This document shows positions 18,557 to 25,958 of a stretch of DNA of 27,788 nucleotides, one piece after another (positions within the stretch are counted from its first letter, which is position 1; every line of letters begins with the position of its first letter). The DNA lies in the NCBI GenBank assembly GCA_046758445.1, contig JBHIAE010000036.1, positions 1 through 27,788 on the forward strand, read 5' to 3'. The DNA is from Candidatus Thorarchaeota archaeon. Its GTDB lineage: Archaea; Asgardarchaeota; Thorarchaeia; Thorarchaeales; Thorarchaeaceae. The position numbers were made by a program, and so were the translations under genes. The notes beneath the pieces are model-generated. The model was not told where the DNA came from. It was given only the letters and a program-made list of their open reading frames with translations, and made no database searches.

Positions 18557-18757
18557 GATCTATTCCCTACACGCCGTTTCTGATATGTGTGCACTAATGC
18601 CGATACTGTGGTCCACCAGAATCATCAAGATTTCTCGTCAAACTAATCCCGTTCGGTTTGCTTCTTGAATCTACCCTTCAACGCGTGATTCCGGTGTAGA
18701 TTCTGGGCTAAGTAGCTTGGTGACAGACTTCAGTTCATTCAACGGTAGCTGTAGGAA

Positions 18758-19537
18758 TCATGCCTCGACGATGAAACCATCTCTCCTGATCTTGGCTCGC
18801 CTGCGAAGAGATCTAACTACAGCATAAGCGATGATTGGGACAAGAGGCACTCCAAAGATGAACAGAAGCAGTGCAAGGGCAAATGAGAAGTCAGCCAATG
18901 GAATAAATACTCCCACCAGGAACAAGTTGAAGAAGCCTGCAATAGCCATTGCCATGGCATCAGGAATGAGCTCACCCCATGGAGCGACAATGATTGATGC
19001 TACACCAATGATTATCAGATTCCTTATCCAGACCTTGATTTGATTGGAGGATATCCTAGCATAGGCAAGGTCTCCCTTCATGAGTTCGGTTTGGTCCTGT
19101 TCGGTGAGGTACTTCAAAAGGTTATAGGACGCTCCTACATCTTCTGGGCTTCGCACAATGAAAACTGCCGCAAAAACGGCCACAAGTGCCGCACCCACAA
19201 GCACGAAGCTTTGGAAGAGAAGGTAGACAGCAAGTACTGGAAGCGAGCCCAGCACCAGACCGACTATCATCGTTCCGGCAAACGTGTTCTGTCCGACAAA
19301 GTCACCCAGTGTCGTTTCAGAATTCGTATAGTCACCATGAATCATGTTCTTCATGACCCATCTATGGGACAAGCACCTCGTATACTTCTGCTGACCGCTG
19401 ATGTCAACCTCATCTGGATTGAACCTAGTGGTGAAGAATGAGAAGAGGCTCTCAAACCCATCGAGTTTTCTTCGCCAATATAGTGCTGTAGCAAATGAGA
19501 GAACTCCCAAGAGAATCAAAGCGATGATCATATACAT
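18758..19537 (-). CDS. Unknown ~6-TM membrane protein, paralog A
   Basis: FNPDEVDISG..YTRCLSHRWVMKNMIHG; PEDVGASYNLL..LTEQD..GDLAY; APWGE; VFIPLA. ATG 1 nt after the upstream stop. Confidence 0.8.
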   Translation of the reverse strand: MYMIIALILLGVLSFATALYWRRKLDGFESLFSFFTTRFNPDEVDISGQQKYTRCLSHRWVMKNMIHGDYTNSETTLGDFVGQNTFAGTMIVGLVLGSLPVLAVYLLFQSFVLVGAALVAVFAAVFIVRSPEDVGASYNLLKYLTEQDQTELMKGDLAYARISSNQIKVWIRNLIIIGVASIIVAPWGELIPDAMAMAIAGFFNLFLVGVFIPLADFSFALALLLFIFGVPLVPIIAYAVVRSLRRRAKIRRDGFIVEA

Positions 19538-19538
19538 T

Positions 19539-20381
19539 CTAGCCCTCAGCCTCCATCAACCTATGAAATGCCCAGAACCACACGTCTGCCAATAGAGTCA
19601 ACAACGATTTCTCCTCGGAACCCTCATGTTTTCCCACTAAGAGATGCACGACACCCCTCAGCTTGGAAGGTTTTCCATCTTCTATCGTAAGTGAAACATC
19701 ATCTCCGGGGATCTCTAGCTGAATTCCGTGATCATGAAAGACTCGCGCCGACTCTGAGTAATCATAGTCGAATTCATCGGTTGGCTCTGGATGTATCCGT
19801 ACCTTTGCCTTGCCAAGTCTTGCCATGATTCCAATCTGTTTGAAGACGTAGTTGGGTATTTGTTTGTTGTTCATCTCTGGCATGCCAAACTTTCTCATTG
19901 TCAACATGCTCCGCTCAATGAACCCGCTGAAGTCGCCGCCATCGCCCTCTATGCTAAGGGTAAGAGGCTTGCCCTTGAACGCGATACGATTCGAACCAAG
20001 GTCCCACCTCTTGACTGCCTTCGGATTAGACGCATACTCTTCGTTATGGTCCCAGAAGCAGTATGGCATGGTTGTCATTGCCAACATCTTATCCTTGTCC
20101 CAAGGCTTTCGCTCCATGAGCGCCCATGTAGCATCGTTAATCACATAGAGAGACATGCAGACCGGTGCGACGAGTTTTGCATTGGTCTCAAGAAAAGGTC
20201 CCAGTCCTTCTTGCATGGATACCTGCTCTGTCAACTTATCAAGTTGAGATGCCGACAGGACGACAGGTTTGCCCTCATCAAATTGACTCTCCTGTTCTGC
20301 GGAGAAGTGAAATTGGACATTAAATCTCTCCGCAAACTCCTGAAAAGTGCCTCGGGGCTGACCAACCTTCATCTCAAACAA
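19539..20381 (-). CDS. Hypothetical soluble protein (280 aa)
   Basis: Long ORF with protein-like composition, TTG start preceded by GAAGG, translationally coupled to the 19537 gene. Confidence 0.75.
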   Translation of the reverse strand: MFEMKVGQPRGTFQEFAERFNVQFHFSAEQESQFDEGKPVVLSASQLDKLTEQVSMQEGLGPFLETNAKLVAPVCMSLYVINDATWALMERKPWDKDKMLAMTTMPYCFWDHNEEYASNPKAVKRWDLGSNRIAFKGKPLTLSIEGDGGDFSGFIERSMLTMRKFGMPEMNNKQIPNYVFKQIGIMARLGKAKVRIHPEPTDEFDYDYSESARVFHDHGIQLEIPGDDVSLTIEDGKPSKLRGVVHLLVGKHEGSEEKSLLTLLADVWFWAFHRLMEAEG

Positions 20382-20503
20382 GCTTTCTGCCTTCGAGTTT
20401 CTTACAAAACGCTTTCGCTGCTGGCATAATCTCTAGCGACTGATGTCTGACCTCTCCCGACAGACCTAAAACCCAGTTGATAGGATGCATCTGTGTGATT
20501 ACA

Positions 20504-21535
20504 ATGATAGATCTGTATGGCCGTGACCTGCTTTGTACGCAAGACTGGAGTGTCGAAGAGATTGAGAAGACCCTCGAACTTGCATTTGAGATGAAGGACC
20601 GAAGGTACGACCATCCTCTGAGCAATTGCCTAGACAGACGGACCTTCTTTATGTTCTTCTATAACCCTTCTGTTCGCACCAGACAGTCTTTCGAGGCTGC
20701 GGCATCAGAGCTCGGAGGTCATGCCCAATTTCTTGAGCCGAAGTCGATGAGACTCAAGACCTCGAAATCAGCTGGTGAAACAGTTCAAGACGCCGCTGAA
20801 GTCATGAGCAGATACGGCATTGGCATAGGAATCAGAGTGCTAGAAACCGCACTGGAGTACTACGGCCAAGGACATGAACTTCTTCAGGAATATGCCCGGC
20901 ACGCCAGCATTCCCATTGTGAGTATGGCACATGATCGGTTCCACCCGTGTCAGGGTCTTGCCGATGTGATGGGGTATCGGATGCATGGTGGTAAGGATCT
21001 TAAGGGTAAGAAGTTTCTTCAGGTCTGGGGTAAGGGAGCACTTGTCCGGTCTTGGTGTTCAGTTCAGGAGAGCATTCTCATAAATACCAGACTCGGCATG
21101 GACGTAACACTGGCACATCCTAAGGGGTACGACTTGGACCCTGAGGTCATCAAATGGTGTGAGGAGAACGCGAACAAAGCTGACAGCCGTTTTGAGATTG
21201 TACACGATTTGGAAGATGGTTACAAGAACGCGGACTTTGTGTACTCTCGTAACTGGATGACAGCATCCTTCTATGATGACATGGTCAAAGGAAGTGTTGA
21301 CGCCGCAAAGAAGAAGGAGATAGAGATTGCATCCAAATATGACGAGTGGATCACCACCAAGGATTGGATGGCAAAGACCAACGAGGCATTCTTTACACAC
21401 TGTGGTCCTGTTGACAGAAACGCTGAGGTGACAGACGAAGTTTGTGACGGACCAAAGTCGATCGTCTATGATGTGGCTGAAAACAGGCTCCATGTCCAAA
21501 AAGCAATAATGGCGCTTACAATGGGAAAGAGATGA
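20504..21535 (+). CDS. Carbamoyltransferase 2, divergent ATCase/OTCase-superfamily member
   Basis: FYNPSVRTRQSFE, GGHAQFL, HPCQGLADVM, VYSRNW, FTHCGP (canonical HCLP), DVAENRLHVQKA. ATG at 20504. Confidence 0.9.
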   Translation: MIDLYGRDLLCTQDWSVEEIEKTLELAFEMKDRRYDHPLSNCLDRRTFFMFFYNPSVRTRQSFEAAASELGGHAQFLEPKSMRLKTSKSAGETVQDAAEVMSRYGIGIGIRVLETALEYYGQGHELLQEYARHASIPIVSMAHDRFHPCQGLADVMGYRMHGGKDLKGKKFLQVWGKGALVRSWCSVQESILINTRLGMDVTLAHPKGYDLDPEVIKWCEENANKADSRFEIVHDLEDGYKNADFVYSRNWMTASFYDDMVKGSVDAAKKKEIEIASKYDEWITTKDWMAKTNEAFFTHCGPVDRNAEVTDEVCDGPKSIVYDVAENRLHVQKAIMALTMGKR

Positions 21536-21547
21536 GAAGGAGGAGTT

Positions 21548-21617
21548 GGAGGTCCCGGTTCGGGACCCCCGTGATTGTCGTGGAGGAATGCTCCGCAATC
21601 AAACTTGCGGATTTCCT
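21548..21617. terminator. Two tandem hairpins after carbamoyltransferase 2
   Basis: GGTCCCG-GTT-CGGGACC (21551-21567) and TCCGCAA-TCAAAC-TTGCGGA (21592-21611, extendable by AGGAA/TTCCT). Confidence 0.45.
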
Positions 21618-21740
21618 GATGTACGCAAACACCTACTGCATGTATTGATTGGTTCCTATTGTTATAAGCAGTCGATTCTCAGCAAATGTCGACGCGCAGA
21701 CACACTTGGGTAGTTTCAAAAGGCGGTCTAAAAGAGATAG

Positions 21741-22640
21741 ATGAGAGAGGAATTGACGAGGACTACTTTGGCAACTCTCTCCGAGAATCAAGTGCATGAC
21801 TGGGTGAGAGTATACAACGAAGGGCGACGCAATTTGCCTGGGTTTGTGCCTCTTACAGCGCAGGACTTGGAGTTGTTAATCAAAGCTGGTCTGTGTAGGC
21901 GCGAGAGCATGTACATCGCATTTGAGGGCAAGCGACCAACTGCAGTTGCACGTTTCTTGGAGTCAGATACGGAGGGAGCTTCCTTCGTGACTGACCTGAG
22001 CTCTCTATCCAGAAGAACGTCTGGTGCTCCTGCTCTTATTGAGAACTTCATGGACAAAGCAAGGGTGACAGCTGCAACTTCTCTCATTTCGTGGTCATTC
22101 ATGGCTCAAGTAAGAATCGGTGATATCCTCAGTAAGTTCACCTTCGAGCCCAAACGCGTTCGGCAAGCGATGGAGCTCCAGCTTGATTCAAAGAAAGAAC
22201 AAGTCCATTCAGACGATGCTCGTGTGAAGACTTGGGAAAACAAAGATGGACATAGAGGACTCCCAGACTGGTCTAGGAGATTGCATGGTCGACCCATGGA
22301 TTTGTTCGAGTTGAGGGACCATAGATCACTGGATTGGCGACCACGTTTCGTAGGTTTGAGCCAAGACCTCTCGACACCTTTCCTGATTGCTTCTCGCTCC
22401 CGACACAATAGGAAGCGAGGACGGATAGACTTGGTGTCGTTCTTTGGGGCCAGCAGCGTCAAGGAAGGAGAGTTGTCAGGTGTGATCCATGAACTGATTA
22501 AAGGTCTGTCAGATGAAGGTGTCACCTCTGTCAACACAGAGATAGATGCTGAGATTGGCCTAAGAAGAGCTTTCACTGAGTGCGGATTCGAAGTCAAACG
22601 AACTCTCTTTCAGATGGAACTTGATATTCTGCAGGACTAG
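21741..22640 (+). CDS. Degenerate tandem GNAT-fold acetyltransferase-like protein
   Basis: Two repeated halves ending in GNAT motif-B-like segments (ILSKFTFEPKRVRQAM; LSDEGVTSV...AFTECGFEVKRTLFQMEL). No clear R/QxxGxG/A acetyl-CoA motif. Confidence 0.55.
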   Translation: MREELTRTTLATLSENQVHDWVRVYNEGRRNLPGFVPLTAQDLELLIKAGLCRRESMYIAFEGKRPTAVARFLESDTEGASFVTDLSSLSRRTSGAPALIENFMDKARVTAATSLISWSFMAQVRIGDILSKFTFEPKRVRQAMELQLDSKKEQVHSDDARVKTWENKDGHRGLPDWSRRLHGRPMDLFELRDHRSLDWRPRFVGLSQDLSTPFLIASRSRHNRKRGRIDLVSFFGASSVKEGELSGVIHELIKGLSDEGVTSVNTEIDAEIGLRRAFTECGFEVKRTLFQMELDILQD

Positions 22641-22776
22641 CCGGTTAGCGTCCTCGTTTGGCGCCATAGATATTCCGCGGTCAGTTTCGAGGGAAGCGAT
22701 ATATACTAACTCGAAAAGGTCGTTTCGTCTTGCGCCTTTGCCGGGAGGACGGACAACAGGACAAGAAGACATCAGA

Positions 22777-22846
22777 CTGGGGCAACAGTTCATTGCCCAG
22801 ACTTGGTGGAACATATGTTCTTAGTGAGCGCCGCCCCGGCGCTCAC
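22777..22846. promoter_or_regulatory. Cluster of three dyad elements upstream of the DUF362 gene
   Basis: CTG(G)GGCAA..TTGCCCAG hairpin, perfect palindrome GAACATATGTTC (22809-22820), perfect 10-bp stem GTGAGCGCCG-CCC-CGGCGCTCAC (22824-22846). Confidence 0.5.
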
Positions 22847-22941
22847 GCCCTTCTTGCTGTACTATTCTCAGTCATAATCTCTCGCTATTCATCGGTAAGT
22901 GTTAATACCGCGTTTCCAAGACATCTCGAGAGGTCCACGTT

Positions 22942-24138
22942 ATGTCAAAATCGAAAGTCTTCTTCACCGATAGAGATGCTAAGACTCACTACAACATGAT
23001 TGACAAGCTTGAACACGTATTCAATGAGCTTGGATTGGACAAGGAGATCAAGCCTGGCGAGAAGGTCATGGTCAAGACGCACTATGGCCAGTGGGGGAAC
23101 ACCAACTACCTGCGTCCAGCTTATGCACGTAAAATCGTGGATCTGGTGAGAGCGGCCGGAGGTCATCCCTTTATAGCGGAAACCACCGGGCTAGGGTATG
23201 GAGAGGGTGGAGCGTATGGTGGTAGAACAACTGCTCCTGAGTACCTTGGAATGGCTGTACTTCATGGTTATACATCAGCTTCTGTTGGCGCACCTCTTAT
23301 TATGGCTGATGGATATTGGGGAACAGATGTCATTGACATAGAGGTGGACGGCGACCACACCAAGAGTGTCGATGTTGCTTCTGCCTTATTCGATTGTGAC
23401 AAGGTGATTGTCCTTACACACGCGAAGGGCCATGGACTCGGAGGTCTTGGAGGCACAATCAAGAACCTTGGAATTGGGCTTGTGGGAAAGAGAGGAAAGG
23501 CTGTAATGCACTTCATGTGCGACATTAAGATTGACCCAGAGAAGTGTCTAGGACCGGAGTGCTCGAAATGTCTGAAGGTGTGCCCGGTCAGATGTATAAC
23601 AATGAATGAGAAGGCAGAGTTGGACGCGAGCAGGTGCATCTTTTGTCATCATTGTGTGAGTGTTTGCTCTAAGGTTGAGGCAAAGGCGGCTACAATGACT
23701 TGGAGGCCGAATCATACTCAGGGACCAATATTTGTTGAGAATGCAGTAGGCGTTGTGAATTCGATCGGTTCTGAGAAGTTCTACTACATCAATCTCGCCA
23801 TAGACATCAGCGACAAGTGTGACTGTTGGAACTATGGCGCTGCCCTCCTTGTTCATGATATTGGCATCTTTGGCTCAAGAGATCCGCTTGCCATCGACCA
23901 GGCCACGCTTGAGGCCATCAAGAATGCTCCCGCCAATCCTGACTCGATGGTCGGCGGAATCGAGTGCGGGGAGTGTAAGTTCGCAATGGCTCATGCCTGC
24001 AAAGACCCCGATTCAGGAGAGATACTTGAACTCGCCGAGCTACAGTTGGCGCATGCTGAGAAGATGGGCCTAGGGTCTAGAGAATTCGAACTTGTCACAC
24101 TTACAAGAGAGCCGCCTAAGAAGCCTGAATCAGAATAA
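22942..24138 (+). CDS. DUF362-family Fe-S protein with inserted 2x[4Fe-4S] ferredoxin domain
   Basis: KTHYGQWGN..YLRP, THAKGH..GLGGTIKNLGIG..GK..H, CxxxxCxxCxxxCP / CxxCxxCxxxC, DISDKCDC, DIGIFGSRDPLAIDQA. GAGG SD. Confidence 0.88.
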   Translation: MSKSKVFFTDRDAKTHYNMIDKLEHVFNELGLDKEIKPGEKVMVKTHYGQWGNTNYLRPAYARKIVDLVRAAGGHPFIAETTGLGYGEGGAYGGRTTAPEYLGMAVLHGYTSASVGAPLIMADGYWGTDVIDIEVDGDHTKSVDVASALFDCDKVIVLTHAKGHGLGGLGGTIKNLGIGLVGKRGKAVMHFMCDIKIDPEKCLGPECSKCLKVCPVRCITMNEKAELDASRCIFCHHCVSVCSKVEAKAATMTWRPNHTQGPIFVENAVGVVNSIGSEKFYYINLAIDISDKCDCWNYGAALLVHDIGIFGSRDPLAIDQATLEAIKNAPANPDSMVGGIECGECKFAMAHACKDPDSGEILELAELQLAHAEKMGLGSREFELVTLTREPPKKPESE

Positions 24139-24148
24139 GCGGAGGTGA

Positions 24149-24685
24149 ATGAAACTGGTTCCTGATTGGTTCAGAGAAATGGTCATTGAAACGCATCTCA
24201 ATCAACGCCGCCATATGGATCGTGTGCTGGCAGGGCTTTCTGAGGAACACATGACGCAGAAGGTCGCGTCAGAAGAGAACTTTGAAGACATTCTGAGTAT
24301 TCTACGGCACATAGGTAGTGCTCAGACTTATTGGCACTTCAAGGCAGGCCACTCCATTGGGCCGCCAGTAAAGGAGGAAACTGTTGAGGAAGTCCTGGCC
24401 CGGTTGTCTGAGAACAGCGAGAAGATCATAGAGCAAATCCAGAACTGTCCCGAGGAGCAACTACAAATCGTCCCTCCACGCGAAGGTGGGCCCTCAATCG
24501 CCTGGGCCGTCATGAGAACAGCACAGCACGGGATCTATCATTCGGGACAAATAGCAAAGCTTCGCAGAGTCATCGGTGCTCCCGATCTTCTCCCTGACGA
24601 TTCGGACAGATGGGGGAAGGCCGTGGACTCATTGATTATGATCGTTCGCCGGTTCTTGGAGGAACGATCGGTCAGACGGCAGTAG
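24149..24685 (+). CDS. DinB/YfiT-like four-helix-bundle metalloprotein
   Basis: SILRHI..AQTYW and QHGIYHSGQI supply the three-His metal site. GGAGGTG SD 10 nt after the DUF362 stop. Confidence 0.82.
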   Translation: MKLVPDWFREMVIETHLNQRRHMDRVLAGLSEEHMTQKVASEENFEDILSILRHIGSAQTYWHFKAGHSIGPPVKEETVEEVLARLSENSEKIIEQIQNCPEEQLQIVPPREGGPSIAWAVMRTAQHGIYHSGQIAKLRRVIGAPDLLPDDSDRWGKAVDSLIMIVRRFLEERSVRRQ

Positions 24686-24791
24686 ACTAGAGGCATTCCT
24701 GCAGGGGTCATCTTTCCATCTAAGCTTTACTAAAAAGGCCCTCAATCGTTCTAGTGGGAAAGCCTGACATTGAGGTGCTACCCCACCGCCA

Positions 24792-25835
24792 CTGTTTCCA
24801 CCGGGTGATCCGATAAGAGACCTGATTCTGATACTGGACAGTGCAGTCATCTTCTATTCGGCGATGCTCGGTGCAGTTCTGTTTGGCCAGTGGTATAGGA
24901 ACAAGTCAAGGAACCTCATGGACGTCAGGTTTGCCTGGAGTGTCTTCTTCTTCGGAATGATCCTCAACACCTCGTCATTTATATTCGCTGACTTCTACTA
25001 CACCGAAGAACTGCTCAACACCATCCTGACCAAGACAGGCTATGTGAGCCTGATTCTAGATCTGGCAGCCTTCTTCTTCACAATAGAACGAATTGTGCCG
25101 TACAGAACACGGAATGTCTTCTCATTCAGCGGCGTGGCAATTGCGATACTGACCGTCTTCTTCCCTCGTTCACTCATAGAGGTCCTAGCCCTCACTATCG
25201 CATTGGTAACTCTGGTAGGCATCATGATGTTCCTGATCTACACCATGCGAAACACCACAGGCGAGATTAGGCGGGGCATCGAGCAACTAGTGACAGGATT
25301 CCTGATTGGATTTGTTGGCTTCTTGGGGCGTAGCGATTTCGTCTACTACAACCTCGGCGAGTCTTTCTACTTGCTCGGGGAAGGAATGCTGGTCACTGGA
25401 TTCATAGTCTTTGGTCACTCGATTATTGACACCCCCGCGCTAGACGAACTGGATTGGAGGCGCCAGCTGGTAGAGTTGTATCTCATACAGGCTGGGGGCA
25501 TTCTTGTCTATCACCATCAGTTTGCCGAGAGTGCTGACATAGATCAGGTCCTTACTGCCGCTGGGATTTCGGGAATGCAGTCACTGTTTCCAGAGATAAC
25601 TAGGAGCGAGAGTGGATTGAATGTGGTGTCGATTAGGGACTATGCGATTCTCTTTGCTCATGGTGGGAGCTTCACTTCTGTGCTCATAGCCAAAGCCGCA
25701 TACCAAGTGCTTCTTGGAAAAGTCAAGGAGTTCACAGGGAAGTTCGACGTCATCTTCAGTCCAATTGTCCAGAACTTCGAGGGCAGTCTTCGTGAGTTCA
25801 GTTCTGTCCAAGAGCTCGTCGCATCCTACTTCTAG
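24792..25835 (+). CDS. 7TM membrane protein fused to C-terminal Asgard-type longin domain
   Basis: Seven hydrophobic helices, then ELYLIQAGGILVYHHQF...DQVLTAAGISGMQSLF...FTSVLIA...VKEFTGKF...FEGSLREF..VQELVASYF (longin bb-a-bbb-aa pattern). The frame is open from 24774; the first ATG (24864) lies inside TM1, so the start shown is tentative. Confidence 0.75.
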   Translation: MFPPGDPIRDLILILDSAVIFYSAMLGAVLFGQWYRNKSRNLMDVRFAWSVFFFGMILNTSSFIFADFYYTEELLNTILTKTGYVSLILDLAAFFFTIERIVPYRTRNVFSFSGVAIAILTVFFPRSLIEVLALTIALVTLVGIMMFLIYTMRNTTGEIRRGIEQLVTGFLIGFVGFLGRSDFVYYNLGESFYLLGEGMLVTGFIVFGHSIIDTPALDELDWRRQLVELYLIQAGGILVYHHQFAESADIDQVLTAAGISGMQSLFPEITRSESGLNVVSIRDYAILFAHGGSFTSVLIAKAAYQVLLGKVKEFTGKFDVIFSPIVQNFEGSLREFSSVQELVASYF

Positions 25836-25958
25836 GGTTCCGAAGACATCGAGATGGAACATCGTACATTCAATTGCGCTGGTAGACAGATTATCCTGTC
25901 CATAAGCATTAATACTAGATTCAAAAGACCTGCTGGGCAACTCAGGAGCAAATAACCG

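Noticed and set aside
18667-18703. 8-bp inverted repeat GAATCTAC/GTAGATTC between the paralogous membrane genes
   Set aside because: Short arms with a 21-nt spacer could arise by chance; no supporting U-tract.
21551-21570. GGTTCG resembling a tRNA T-loop
   Set aside because: No cloverleaf, D-arm or acceptor stem; it is a simple hairpin.
5083-21598. Long antisense ORFs (5083..5715, 7891..8382, 14310..14924, 19791..20429, 21059..21598 etc.)
   Set aside because: They are shadows of well-supported genes on the opposite strand, with no motifs or ribosome-binding sites.
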